64,000 nucleotides of DNA from positions 2,416 to 66,415 of the forward strand of contig JACQDK010000073.1 of assembly GCA_016201135.1 (NCBI GenBank), written 5' to 3'. Made by a program: the position numbers and the translations under genes. Shown piece by piece: positions 34,051 through 44,264 of this stretch (its first letter is position 1; every line of letters starts with the position of its first letter). The DNA comes from Actinomycetota bacterium (lineage in GTDB: Bacteria > Actinomycetota > UBA4738 > HRBIN12). A model generated the notes under the pieces. The model was not told the DNA's origin and did no database searches. It worked only from the letters and a program-made list of their open reading frames with translations.

Positions 34051-35288
34051 AGCCGAGAGACTATCCCGGCGAGCAGCGCCACGCGCGGCACCACGCTCTC
34101 CAGGTCGATCCACTCGGCGGGCGCGTGATCGTCCCCGCCGATCGGGCCGAGGCCGTCGATCGTGGGAGTGCCGGCAGCGCTCGTCGTGTTCGCGTCCGAA
34201 GCTCCGCCCGTGGCAGCGTCGCGGAGCTCGAACCCGAGCTCCGACGCTACGCGGACCGCGATCGCGACCAGGCGCTCGCCGCCTTCCTTCTTCTCCATCG
34301 GCCGGTGCCAGCCGTTGCCGACCACCTCGACCGTCACGTCGGGCACGACGGCCTCAGCGCAGATCCGCCGGATCTCCTCGTCGGCCCCGTCGAGCATCTC
34401 CGCGAGCGCCGAGCGCAGGTCGACTTGCAGCTCGCAGTGCTGCGGGACGACGTTCGTGCGGGTGCCGCCTCGGGCGACACCGACGTTCACCGTCACGCCG
34501 GGCCACCGGCCGTTCAGGGCCTGCAACGCGAGGATCTTGTGCGCCGCCTCGAGCAGGGCGCTCCGGCCCTTCTCCGGCTCGACGCCCGCGTGGGCGGCTC
34601 GGCCGCGGATAGTGATCAGATAGTCGGTGACGCCCTTTCGCGCGGACACGATGTCGCCGTTCGCGCGCGCCCCCTCCAGGACGAGCGCGGCGTCGTTCGC
34701 GGGAGCGAGGTCGCGGATCACCGGGCCCGAGAACGGGGACCCGATCTCCTCGTCCGGGTTGCAGACGAAGGTGATGGTCCCGAACCCGTCGAACCCCGCG
34801 TCCTGAAGCACCTCGACGGCGAAGAACCCGGTGAGCAGGCCGCCCTTCATGTCCGAGACCCCGGGCCCGTAAGCGGTGGTGCCCTCGATCCGGAAGGGGC
34901 GCTCGGCCACGGTCCCGGCGTCGAAGACCGTGTCCATGTGGCCGACGAGCAGCACGTTCGGTCCGCCGGCGCCCTCCAGGCGGCCTATCACAAGGTCCCC
35001 CAGTTGCTGCTCGCCCTCCCCAGGAACGTGGGGGCGGCGCTCCACCTTCCAGCCGCGGGCTTCGAAGCGCTGCTCGCACAGGTCGGCGATCCGGTTCACG
35101 CCGGCGGGCGTGTACGAGCCGCAGTCGACGTTCACCATCTGCTCGAGCGCCGACACGAAGTCCTCGTAACGGCTGAAGGCAAGGTCCCGGATCGTCGTCG
35201 CGTCCACGCGTCGCAGTATATGGAGGCGAGCGCCCGAGCCGGCCGGACGAGATCCCTTCTGCGTCCAAGCGCGGCGGCGGGTTAGCAT
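34047..35288 (-). CDS. M20-family metallopeptidase
   Basis: LVGHMDTV, GVSDMKGG and NPDEEIGS metal-ligand motifs. N-terminal start uncertain. Confidence 0.8.
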   Translation of the reverse strand: MLTRRRAWTQKGSRPAGSGARLHILRRVDATTIRDLAFSRYEDFVSALEQMVNVDCGSYTPAGVNRIADLCEQRFEARGWKVERRPHVPGEGEQQLGDLVIGRLEGAGGPNVLLVGHMDTVFDAGTVAERPFRIEGTTAYGPGVSDMKGGLLTGFFAVEVLQDAGFDGFGTITFVCNPDEEIGSPFSGPVIRDLAPANDAALVLEGARANGDIVSARKGVTDYLITIRGRAAHAGVEPEKGRSALLEAAHKILALQALNGRWPGVTVNVGVARGGTRTNVVPQHCELQVDLRSALAEMLDGADEEIRRICAEAVVPDVTVEVVGNGWHRPMEKKEGGERLVAIAVRVASELGFELRDAATGGASDANTTSAAGTPTIDGLGPIGGDDHAPAEWIDLESVVPRVALLAGIVSRL

Positions 35289-35296
35289 CCCGGTCG

Positions 35297-35971
35297 GTGC
35301 CGGGGAGCGATCTGAACGGCTGGTGGAAGCTGGGGCTCCTGATCTTCGCTCCCTTCGCGCGGCTGCTGCTCCGGCTCCGCGTCGAGGGGATCGAGCGCGT
35401 CCCCCTCCAGGGCCCGGCGATCCTTGCCTTCAACCACGTGAGCGTGCTGGACGGGCCGGTGATCGCCATCGAGACCGGGCGCCGTGTTCGCCGGCAGATC
35501 AGGTTCCTGGTGGCCTCCGAGGTCTTCGACCAGCGGGTGGCCGGGTGGATCCTGCGCCGTTTGGTCCAGATCCCGATCCGTCGCGGGGAGGGGGACGAGG
35601 GAGCGCTCGACGAGGCAATCAGGACCGTGCGCTCCGGCGCGCTCGCTGCGGTCGCGCCCGAGGGCCGGGTGAGCGACGACCCGGAGGCCGGACTCCAGCG
35701 CGTCCGGACCGGGGTGGCGAGGATCGCCGTGCCGACCGGGGCCTGCGTCGTCCCCATAGGCATCTGGGGCACTCAGGCGCGGTGGGGACACACTGGCTTC
35801 CGCTGGGGCCGCCCCCTGCGCCCGCACGTGGGGATCTCGGTCGGCGGACCGATCCTCGGGGCCGGCGACGCCGACGACCCGAGCGTGGTGGAGGCGTTCA
35901 CCGAACGGCTCCGCGTGGCTCTGGAACAGCAGGTGGCCGAGGCGCGCCGGCTCGCGCGCGCGAGCGGATGA
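35297..35971 (+). CDS. 1-acyl-sn-glycerol-3-phosphate acyltransferase (PlsC family)
   Basis: FNHVSVLDGP (NHxxxxD) and VPEGRVS motifs. Confidence 0.75.
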   Translation: MPGSDLNGWWKLGLLIFAPFARLLLRLRVEGIERVPLQGPAILAFNHVSVLDGPVIAIETGRRVRRQIRFLVASEVFDQRVAGWILRRLVQIPIRRGEGDEGALDEAIRTVRSGALAAVAPEGRVSDDPEAGLQRVRTGVARIAVPTGACVVPIGIWGTQARWGHTGFRWGRPLRPHVGISVGGPILGAGDADDPSVVEAFTERLRVALEQQVAEARRLARASG

Positions 35972-37239
35972 CGACCGCCGTCCCGGACAGGGATTCCCGC
36001 TACAGGCGGAAGCTGCTCTTCCTGCTCTCGTCGGCCACGTTCTTCGAGGGCTACGACAACTTCGTGCTGTCGTTCGTGCTCGCGCTCGTGCTGGGAGACC
36101 TCGGGGGCAGCGAGTCCCAGGCGGGATTGATCCGCGCGATCACGTCGGTGGGAACGGTCGTGGCCTTCCTGCTCGCCGCTCAGGCCGACCGGATCGGCCG
36201 CAAGCGCCTGCTGCTCGTCACGATCGTGGGTTACACGGCGAGCGGGCTCTTGACCGCCCTTTCCCCGAACCTCGTCTGGCTCACCGCCGCCCAGTTCCTG
36301 GCGCAGGTGTTCCTGGGCGCCGAGTGGGCCGTCGCGATCACCATCGTCGTCGAGGACTTCCCGAAGGAGGGGCGCGGCCGCGCGCTCGGCATCGTGACCT
36401 CGATGAACACGCTCGGCGGGATCTTCGTCGGCGTGCTCGCGTTCGTCGGGCTTCAGGACCTCACCCCCCTTTCGTGGAGGGCGTTCTACGTCGTCGGCCT
36501 GGTCCCGCTGGTGCTCGTCGGGATCGGGCGGCGCGGGATGCTCGAGACCGAGCGCTATTCGGCCGTGCGAGCCGACCCCGCGGCGGAGCGCCTCGACCAC
36601 ACGAGCATCTGGGAGCCGTGGAAGAAGCCATACCGCGCGAACGTGCTCGGCGTGGGCCTGATGCACTTCTTCCGGTACGCGGCGGTCTCGGCGGGGGCCT
36701 TCTGGTGGGCGTACTACGCGCAGCGGGAGGTGGGGATGTCGGTGTCGCTCTCGGGCCTTTACCTCGCGGCGTCGGGCGTCCTGGGCGCGGCCGGCTTCAT
36801 CGTCGCGGGGAGGCTGATCGACCGCTGGGGCCGGCGACCCACCTTCGTCGTCTACATGGCCGGCGCGATGGTCTTCGGGGCGTGGCTGTTCCAGATCCAC
36901 TCGCAGCTGATGATGCTGCCGGTGCTCTGCGCCACGATCTTCTTCGGGCTCGGGTCCTCGTGCATCACGAGCGCGTTCGCCACGGAGCTCTTCCCGACGT
37001 ACGTGCGGAGCCGCGCCGCCGCGTGGTGCCGCAACGCGTTCGAGATCCCTGGAGGTATCGTCGGGCCCCTCGTGGTCGGGATCCTCGGCGATCACGTGAG
37101 CGGGCCGATCGGCTCGATCGGCGATGCGATGTCGCTGACGCTGGTCGCGTGCATCCCGGCCGCGATCGTGCTCTGCCTCCTCCACGTGCCCGAGACGCGC
37201 GGGGCGGACCTCGTGGCGCTGGACGAGGTGCCCGCATGA
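35968..37239 (+). CDS. MFS transporter
   Basis: 12 TM helices, GRKRLLL-type loop motifs. ATGA overlap with the plsC-like stop. Confidence 0.8.
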   Translation: MTTAVPDRDSRYRRKLLFLLSSATFFEGYDNFVLSFVLALVLGDLGGSESQAGLIRAITSVGTVVAFLLAAQADRIGRKRLLLVTIVGYTASGLLTALSPNLVWLTAAQFLAQVFLGAEWAVAITIVVEDFPKEGRGRALGIVTSMNTLGGIFVGVLAFVGLQDLTPLSWRAFYVVGLVPLVLVGIGRRGMLETERYSAVRADPAAERLDHTSIWEPWKKPYRANVLGVGLMHFFRYAAVSAGAFWWAYYAQREVGMSVSLSGLYLAASGVLGAAGFIVAGRLIDRWGRRPTFVVYMAGAMVFGAWLFQIHSQLMMLPVLCATIFFGLGSSCITSAFATELFPTYVRSRAAAWCRNAFEIPGGIVGPLVVGILGDHVSGPIGSIGDAMSLTLVACIPAAIVLCLLHVPETRGADLVALDEVPA

Positions 37240-37766
37240 GGCCGCTCCGCCTGGCCGGGCCTGCCGTGCTGATCGGGCTGCTGGCGCTCACGCTCACCGC
37301 GTGCGCCCGAACCGACCGGCCCGAAGGCGTGGTCGAGAGATGGCTGAGCTCCCTCAACCAGGGCGCAGCCGGTGAGCCCGGCAGGTACGCCGCGGGTGGG
37401 GTCTCCGAGCAGGTGCTGCCGGGCTGGAGCGCGCTCGACCCCGGAGAGCTGGACGTGATCGAGGTCGGACTCGGACGCCCGACCGGGGCGGCTGGGGAGC
37501 CGTCCTACGTGGTCCCCTTCAGGGTCGTCACGAGCACCGGCCAGACGCGCCGGCTGGACGCCCTGCTCACTTCCCAGGAGGGGACATGGCGTATCGAGGC
37601 CCTCCGCGACCCGGGGAACCCGCCGGATCCCAAGCTCCCTTCGGAGGGCGGGCCGAGGATCGAGACGGCGCATGCGGCCCTGTGGGTTGCGGCAGCCGCC
37701 GCGGCCGCCGCGTTCATGGTCGTGTCGCTGGGCCTGATGGCGCTGGTGAGGAAGGGGTCCGGATAG
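37236..37766 (+). CDS. lipoprotein, hypothetical
   Basis: Signal peptide with lipobox LTLTAC. ATGA overlap with the MFS stop. Confidence 0.55.
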   Translation: MRPLRLAGPAVLIGLLALTLTACARTDRPEGVVERWLSSLNQGAAGEPGRYAAGGVSEQVLPGWSALDPGELDVIEVGLGRPTGAAGEPSYVVPFRVVTSTGQTRRLDALLTSQEGTWRIEALRDPGNPPDPKLPSEGGPRIETAHAALWVAAAAAAAAFMVVSLGLMALVRKGSG

Positions 37767-37821
37767 CGAGAGGCCGGGCCCGAAGGCCCGGCCTCTCGGC
37801 GGTTCCGCAGGTCGCTCGCCG

Positions 37822-38754
37822 CTATCCGAGGGCAACCGCGCTGATCAGGTTCGAGTCGCGCAGCTTGCGCAGCGCCTCGCGCTCGATCAGGCGCACCCGC
37901 TCTCCGGAGAGCCCGAGCACCTTGCCGGTCTCGCGGAGCGAGAGCGGCTGGCCGTTCTCCAACCCGTAGCGTAGGGCCACCACGTGGCGCTCGCGCTCGT
38001 CCAGCACTCGGTCGACGGCGTCCCCGATCTCCTCGCGGAGCAGGGCGTCCTCCACCTCGTTGAACGCGGCGTCGGAGTCGACCTCCTCGATCAGGTCGCC
38101 GAGCTCGGTGTCCTCGCCCACCGGCGACTGCAGGGATAGCGGCTCACGACGACCCATCTCGGTGAGATCGTCGATCTCCTCAACGGTGGTGTCGAGGGCC
38201 TTCGCGAGCTCCTCGCGCGAGGGCTCGCGGCCCATCGACTGCGCGAACTGGAACCGCGTTCGGTTCAGCTTCCGCAGCCGGTCGTGGATGTGCACCGGCA
38301 GACGGATCGACCGCGAACGGTCGGCGATCGCCCGGGTGATGCCCTGGCGGATCCACCACGTGGCGTATGTCGAGAACTTGAACCCTCGGCGCCAGTCGAA
38401 CAGCTCGACCGCGCGCATCAGCCCGATGTTGCCCTCCTGGATCAGGTCGAGCAGCGGCAGCCCCTGGCCCTGGTACTTGCGGGCCACGGAGACCACCAGG
38501 CGCAGGTTCGCCATGATGAAGCGCTGGCGGGCCGCCTCGGCCTGCCGGACGTCCAACCGCGCCTTCGCGATGGACTTCTCAGACCGCAGCCGGCCGGCTC
38601 GGAGGCGATCCTCGCCCTCCTTGCCGCGCTCGATCGTCATGGCTAGCTCCACCTCCTCCTCCTTGGTGAGGAGGGGCTCCCGCGCCGCCGCCTCGAGGTA
38701 CAGGCGGAGATCGTCGGCGTCATCGGTGCCCAAGGGGCGCGCTGGCTCCGGCAT
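37822..38754 (-). CDS. RNA polymerase sigma-70 factor (group 1/2, SigA/SigB-like)
   Basis: FSTYATWWIRQGITRAIADRSRSIRLPVH (region 2.4/3) and region 4 LSLRETGKVLGLSGERVRLIEREALRKLR. Confidence 0.85.
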   Translation of the reverse strand: MPEPARPLGTDDADDLRLYLEAAAREPLLTKEEEVELAMTIERGKEGEDRLRAGRLRSEKSIAKARLDVRQAEAARQRFIMANLRLVVSVARKYQGQGLPLLDLIQEGNIGLMRAVELFDWRRGFKFSTYATWWIRQGITRAIADRSRSIRLPVHIHDRLRKLNRTRFQFAQSMGREPSREELAKALDTTVEEIDDLTEMGRREPLSLQSPVGEDTELGDLIEEVDSDAAFNEVEDALLREEIGDAVDRVLDERERHVVALRYGLENGQPLSLRETGKVLGLSGERVRLIEREALRKLRDSNLISAVALG

Positions 38755-39127
38755 CTACGTATCACTCTCCCCCTCGAAGCCGCTCGGCGCGTTCGCGCGC
38801 CTGGCCGGTCTTCGGGACTCGGTCATCAGGACGGGCCGTGGACGTGCAGGGACAGACGCCTTCTCGGCCGCTCCTGTGCATGGTAGGCGGGCAGACTTAC
38901 TCTGTAAAGAGGAAGAAACATGAAGGTCGTGTGAAGACCCGACGCCCCACCCCCTCGTACGCACGGCTCCTACTTGGGAAACACCCGCTCCGGGCGGGGT
39001 GTTCCCGCTCCTCCCGGCGTTCGACGCCGCGTCGCCGCGGGTTCGGCGGAGCGGGCAAGAAGTGCGAGAGATGCAGGCGATCCCGGTGCCGAGGCGCTCT
39101 CCCGGCGGGGTATAGGCTCGGACGAGG

Positions 39128-40018
39128 ATGCCTCTGGAACTCCCCGATCTCGAGGAGATCGACCTTGGCGGCCCGGTCCGCTACCGCCTTTGGGACGGGC
39201 CCGGAGAGGCGACCTTCGTGCTGGTGCACGGCCTCGGCGGCTCCTCCATCTCGTGGATGGCGGTGGCGCCGGACCTGGCGGGGCTCGGCCGGGTCCTGGC
39301 GATCGACCTCGTGGGGTTCGGAGAGACGCCTCGCGCGGGCCGGGACACCTCCTTGATGGCCCAGCGGCGGATCCTCTCCAGGTTCGTTTCCGAGCTCGCG
39401 ACCGGACGCGTGGTGCTCTGCGGTAACTCGATGGGGGGTCTGCTCTGCGTGCTGCAGGCCTCGGTGGAGCCGGCGTCGGCGGCTGCGCTGGTGCTCACTT
39501 GCTCCGTGTACCCGCCGGCGCACCGCACCCTGCCGCATCCGCTGGTCACGGGCGCTTTCTCGGCCTACGCGACCCCCCGGGTCGGCGAGTGGTTCGTGGG
39601 CGCGCGCTACCGCGCCCCCGACCTGGACAGGCTCGTGCGGATCGGGTTCGGCGTGATCGCCGCCGACGCCGGAACGATCCCGGAAGAGGCGGTGCGGGCG
39701 ACGATCGACCAGGAGCGCAGACGTCGCGACGATCCGGAGGCGGCGTCCGCCTTCCTGGATGCGGCGCGGTCGATGCTCCGGCTCGGGCGCAGGCCGGACG
39801 TGGCGCGACGCGCCTTCGACGGCCTCAGGTGCCCGGTGCTCGTGATCCATGGGCATCGAGACCGGCTCGTCCCGATCGCCTGGGCACGGGCCCAGATCGA
39901 GCGACACCCCACGTGGCGGTTCCGCTTCTTCCCAGACGTGGGGCACGTGCCTCAGCTCGAGGCGCCGGGGCGCTGGCTCGCCGCGGTGGCCGACTGGCAG
40001 TCCGACGTGCTCGGCTAG
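39128..40018 (+). CDS. alpha/beta hydrolase
   Basis: VLVHGLGGS, GNSMGG nucleophile elbow, HVPQLEAP. Confidence 0.7.
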   Translation: MPLELPDLEEIDLGGPVRYRLWDGPGEATFVLVHGLGGSSISWMAVAPDLAGLGRVLAIDLVGFGETPRAGRDTSLMAQRRILSRFVSELATGRVVLCGNSMGGLLCVLQASVEPASAAALVLTCSVYPPAHRTLPHPLVTGAFSAYATPRVGEWFVGARYRAPDLDRLVRIGFGVIAADAGTIPEEAVRATIDQERRRRDDPEAASAFLDAARSMLRLGRRPDVARRAFDGLRCPVLVIHGHRDRLVPIAWARAQIERHPTWRFRFFPDVGHVPQLEAPGRWLAAVADWQSDVLG

Positions 40019-40028
40019 AGCCGGATGG

Positions 40029-41414
40029 CTAGATCCCCGCCGCCTTCTCGAGGCCCGCGAAGGCCGCCTCGATGCCGCGCGTCAAGACGTCCAGATCCGG
40101 AACCGCGTCCCAGTCCGCGGTGAGACCGAAGGCCATCGTGCCGGCCAGCGACGAGCACGCGATCGAGAGCGCGGTGTTCACGTTCAGCGGCGTCGACGGG
40201 TAGCTCGCCACCAGACGAGCGCCGGAGAGGTAGAGCGGGACCTGCGGCGCGGGGATGTTGGAGACGACCAGGTTGAACCAGCGGCCGCGCGACGCGAGTC
40301 GCGCGGCCGCTGCGTGCAGCGCTGGGGGCGCGTACGCCCCCAGCGCGATGATCGAGTCGGCGCCCTCCGCCATCGCCGAGCCCCTGAGCACGGAGGTGGC
40401 CTCGCGGACCTCGGCCAGGCGGCGCTTCGGCGACATCGCGCCGACCGGAACGTCCACGAACGCGGGCGCCACGCGGTTGCCGATCGTGCCGAGCTCGTCC
40501 TTCGCGCGCACGCTCACCGGCACCATGACCCGGAGCGTCCGGCCACGGGTCGGCTCCCTTCGCGCCTTCAGCAGCGCGTGCAGACCGCCGGCGACCGTCG
40601 CGAGCACCACGTCGTTCACGGTGCCGCCCAGCTCGCGCTTCACCGCGCGGAAACGCTCGAACGGCGCCTCGGTCATGGCGAACCTGCGGTTCGGTCCGAT
40701 CTCGGCGTCGAACGGACCGGAGGGCGTGCGGCCCATGCCGAGGATGTCCCGAGCGCTGGCGAACGCCCCGCCGACGATCTCGGCAGCCCGCGCCGGAGCC
40801 TCGGCAGCCCGAAGGAGCGCCTCCACGGGATGCTCCACCTGGTCGAGCAGGGCCTGCCGGACGAGCTCGGCTGGTGGCGGCATGGTCTCGGGACGCCATC
40901 GCGCGGCGGGGGGCGCAGGCGGAGACGCGTCGGGCGCGAGGTCGAATAGCGCCGAAGCGATCAGCATCCCGGAGATGCCGTCGGTCATCGCGTGATGCAT
41001 CTTCAGCAGGAGCGCCGTCCGGCCGTCCTCGAGCTCCTCGAACACGTAGACCTTCCAGAGAGGCCGCGACCGGTCGAGCGGGCGAGAGAGGATGCGCCCG
41101 ACCGCCCGCTCGAGCTGCGCGCGGTCGTGGGGGCGAGGCACCGCGGTCCGTTGCACGTGGAACTCCAGCTCGAACCGATCGTCGTCCATCCAGACGGGGC
41201 GTCCGAGGGCGAACGGGACCGTGACGACCTTCTGGCGCAGGCGCGGCGCGAGGTGGATCCGCTCACGGAGGGTCCGCTCCACGTCCTCGTGTCGAAGGGT
41301 CGTGCCGTCCGGCCGCGGGTCGAACACCGACAGGCCGGCGACGTGCATGTGCATGGACGGGCGTTCGAGGTAGAGGAAGCTGGCGTCCAGGCTCGAGAGC
41401 CGTTCGGGGACCAT
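40029..41414 (-). CDS. wax ester synthase / diacylglycerol acyltransferase (WS/DGAT)
   Basis: HHAMTDG active-site motif and WS/DGAT C-terminal region. Confidence 0.8.
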   Translation of the reverse strand: MVPERLSSLDASFLYLERPSMHMHVAGLSVFDPRPDGTTLRHEDVERTLRERIHLAPRLRQKVVTVPFALGRPVWMDDDRFELEFHVQRTAVPRPHDRAQLERAVGRILSRPLDRSRPLWKVYVFEELEDGRTALLLKMHHAMTDGISGMLIASALFDLAPDASPPAPPAARWRPETMPPPAELVRQALLDQVEHPVEALLRAAEAPARAAEIVGGAFASARDILGMGRTPSGPFDAEIGPNRRFAMTEAPFERFRAVKRELGGTVNDVVLATVAGGLHALLKARREPTRGRTLRVMVPVSVRAKDELGTIGNRVAPAFVDVPVGAMSPKRRLAEVREATSVLRGSAMAEGADSIIALGAYAPPALHAAAARLASRGRWFNLVVSNIPAPQVPLYLSGARLVASYPSTPLNVNTALSIACSSLAGTMAFGLTADWDAVPDLDVLTRGIEAAFAGLEKAAGI

Positions 41415-41431
41415 CTCCGGTCCATGCTAGG

Positions 41432-42289
41432 TTGCGGGCCATGAGCCGACCAGTCCGGATCGGGTTCGTGCAGATGGCGATGACCGACTCGCGCACCGAG
41501 AACGTGCGCAAGGCCTCCTCTCTCGTCGCCGACGCCGCCTCGCAGGGGGCCCGGGTCGTCGTGCTCCCGGAACTCTTCGCCGACCGCTACTTCCCTCAGA
41601 AGATGGAGCAGGCTCGCTACGAGCTGGCCGAGCCGGTTGGCGGCGAGCTCACCGCAGCCCTCCGGGAGATGGCTCGGGCGAACGGCGTCACGCTGGTGGG
41701 CGGCCTGTACGAACGCGCGAGAGAGGGATTGCTGTACAACACCGCGCTCTGCATCGGGCCCGATGGGGAGGTTCTCGGACGGTACCGGAAGGTCCACATC
41801 CCCCATGGGCCCGGATACGAGGAGAAGTTCTACTTCGCGCCGGGCGACCTGGGATTCACCGTGGCGGATGCGCCCGATCTCCGGGTGGGCCTGGCGATCT
41901 GCTGGGACCAGTGGTTCCCCGAGACCGGGCGGGCGCTCGGCCTCGGCGGCGCCGAGCTGATCGTCTTTCCCACCGCTATCGGGGACGAGCCGACGGAGCC
42001 CGGGTTCTCCTCGCTCGAGGCCTGGCAGACGGCCTGCCGCGCGCAGGCCCTGTTCAACCAGACGTTCGTCGCGGCGGTGAACCGGATCGGCGGCGAGGAG
42101 GTCCTCACGTTCTACGGCGGGAGCTTCATCTGCGACCCGTGGGGCCGCGTGCTGGTGGAAGCGGGGAAGGAGGAGGGCGCGTTCGTGGCCGGATGCGATC
42201 TCGACCTCATCCGCGAGACCCGAGGGCTCTTCCAGTTCTATCGGGACAGGCGACCGGAGACCTACGGCCCGCTGGTTGGGCCCGTGTAG
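41432..42289 (+). CDS. carbon-nitrogen hydrolase family protein (N-carbamoylputrescine amidase-like)
   Basis: VVLPELF (Glu), RKVHIP (Lys), GLAICWDQWFPE (Cys) catalytic triad. Confidence 0.75.
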   Translation: MRAMSRPVRIGFVQMAMTDSRTENVRKASSLVADAASQGARVVVLPELFADRYFPQKMEQARYELAEPVGGELTAALREMARANGVTLVGGLYERAREGLLYNTALCIGPDGEVLGRYRKVHIPHGPGYEEKFYFAPGDLGFTVADAPDLRVGLAICWDQWFPETGRALGLGGAELIVFPTAIGDEPTEPGFSSLEAWQTACRAQALFNQTFVAAVNRIGGEEVLTFYGGSFICDPWGRVLVEAGKEEGAFVAGCDLDLIRETRGLFQFYRDRRPETYGPLVGPV

Positions 42290-43143
42290 AGGCCGGACCT
42301 ACACGTCCGGCTCGCGGACGCGCGTCGTGCGCCCGAGCGTCGCGAGCCCCGCCGATCACGCCGAGGATGCCATTGCGCACAGCCCCGATCCGCTGGAGGC
42401 TCGCGAGCATCGCCACGAACGCCCCCAGGGTGAACGCCGACATGCCGGCGACGCTCCACCACTGCGCGCCGTGCGGCACGAGGTTCCCACCGAAGCCGGC
42501 CGCGAACGCCGCGTTCGATGCCGCAGCGCCGGCCGCCAGCCAGAGCGCCGCCGTCATCGGGCTCGTGCGCTTGAGGACGCGGTCGATGCCGACCAGGTAG
42601 CCGCTGTAGGCGGCGGCGCAGCCCAGGACCAGGACGATGCCGACCGCCTGTATCTCGACGCCGGAGCCGCCCACCACGACGATCGAGGCCCCGCCGAGCG
42701 CGAGCGCGAGCGCGGCGCCGAGCTTGCGGTCGGGAGGGCGCCGGTCGATCGCGATCGTGGCCAGCATCACGAGCACGGGGTAGACGTAGAAGAGGAGCGT
42801 GACGGCCCCGGCGCTCCCATGCCCGAGAGCTGCGAAGTAAAGCGCCGACTCCGTGCCGTACCCGAGGGTTCCCGCCAGCATGACCCCGAGGCGTTCTCCC
42901 CGCTCGGGCAGGAGCGGTCGTCCTGAGAGCGCCACGAGGACCGCGAGCGCGGCCGCGGTGCCCGCGAATCTGGCGGCCAGCACGACGAACGGGTGCCCCG
43001 AGTCCCTCAGGATGTCCTTGCCGAGGATGACGACCATCGAGAACTGGATGCCCATCAGGACGCCGAAGGACGAGCCGATCAGCTCTCCGCGCCGGTCCGT
43101 GGCTCGCCGCGAGGCGGGGGTTCCTGCCGCCCCTTCGCTCACG
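42207..43143 (-). CDS. EamA/DMT-family transporter
   Basis: 10 TM helices with two EamA halves. GTG start. The 3' end overlaps the convergent C-N hydrolase gene by about 80 nt. Confidence 0.6.
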
Positions 43144-43909
43144 ACAGGAACCCGGCGACCTTCTCGACCAGCACGGGGATCGAGGCCAGCAGCTCCTCCT
43201 CGGAGTCCAGCACGATCAGCTCCGACCGCGGCATCAGCCCGGCCAGCGCGCGGCCGACCTCGGCGGGGTGGATCGAGTCGCCCTCGTGGCTGATGATGAG
43301 CGTGGGCGCCTCGACGACCCGCAGGGCCTCCCGGTCCCTCACCGCCCGGTCCTGCACCACCTCGCGGATCGCGCGGGCGACCCCGACGGGGTTCATGTCC
43401 TGCCACAGGAGCAGGTCGAACTCGCGCAGCCACGGCCGTTCCTCGTACCGTTCGGCGCCCCGCGAGAGGATGCGCTCGATCGCCTCGTCCTTCGGGTAGG
43501 TCTCCAGGATCTCGGCGGTGCGCAGGAACATGTCCTCGTGCTGGAAGGGTAGGTCCAGCGCGGCCGGCAGGAGGAACACGAGACGCTCGAACCGGGCGGG
43601 CTCCCTGGTGAGCAGGTTGCAGATCGCCCCGGCGCCCAGCGAGGTCCCCACGGCGCGGGTGGCGCCGTACTCGTCGGCCACCTTCTCGAGGTCGCGGGCG
43701 AAGTCGGCGAACAGGTAACCGCGCTCGGGAGCGGACGAGTGCCCGTGCCCCCGGAAGCAGAACCTCACCTTCGTGCCGGCAAGGGCCGGGGTGAAGGCCG
43801 CGAGCTCCTTGCAGGAGTTCGTGAGGCCGTGGGCGAACACCGTGACGGGAGCTCCCTCGCCGTCGAGCTCCACGTGCAGGGTGACGTCGGCGGCTTCGAC
43901 CTCGGGCAT
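43139..43909 (-). CDS. alpha/beta hydrolase
   Basis: VFAHGL, GTSLGAG nucleophile elbow. Start at MPEVEAADV. Confidence 0.6.
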   Translation of the reverse strand: MPEVEAADVTLHVELDGEGAPVTVFAHGLTNSCKELAAFTPALAGTKVRFCFRGHGHSSAPERGYLFADFARDLEKVADEYGATRAVGTSLGAGAICNLLTREPARFERLVFLLPAALDLPFQHEDMFLRTAEILETYPKDEAIERILSRGAERYEERPWLREFDLLLWQDMNPVGVARAIREVVQDRAVRDREALRVVEAPTLIISHEGDSIHPAEVGRALAGLMPRSELIVLDSEEELLASIPVLVEKVAGFLS

Positions 43910-43970
43910 CCTTCGCTCCCCCACGACTTTCCCGTACGCTTCCAGTCTGTCAGCCCAGGAAGGATCCGAG

Positions 43971-44255
43971 GTGCAGATAGAGGTCAGCCGGTCCGACGTG
44001 GAGCAGTTCCTCTCCAGGTTCACCGTCCGGGTCTCCGACGAGGAAGGCGCGTCCGAGCACGAGGTCACTCTGTCGGGGGCCGACTGGGACCGCCTGGGCC
44101 GGCACTACCGCTCGCCCGAGGAGCTGGTCCGGGCGAGCTTCGCGTTCCTCCTGGAGCGGGAGCCGAGGCAGAGCATCCTGCCCTCCTTCGACGTCTCGCA
44201 GATCCAGGACCACTTCCCCGAGTTCGACCAGGTGATCGACCGGCCGCCGGCGTGA
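43971..44255 (+). CDS. hypothetical protein
   Basis: GTG start after AGGAAGGA. 94 aa, acidic, no family recognised. Confidence 0.4.
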   Translation: MQIEVSRSDVEQFLSRFTVRVSDEEGASEHEVTLSGADWDRLGRHYRSPEELVRASFAFLLEREPRQSILPSFDVSQIQDHFPEFDQVIDRPPA

Positions 44256-44264
44256 GGCCCGCGG

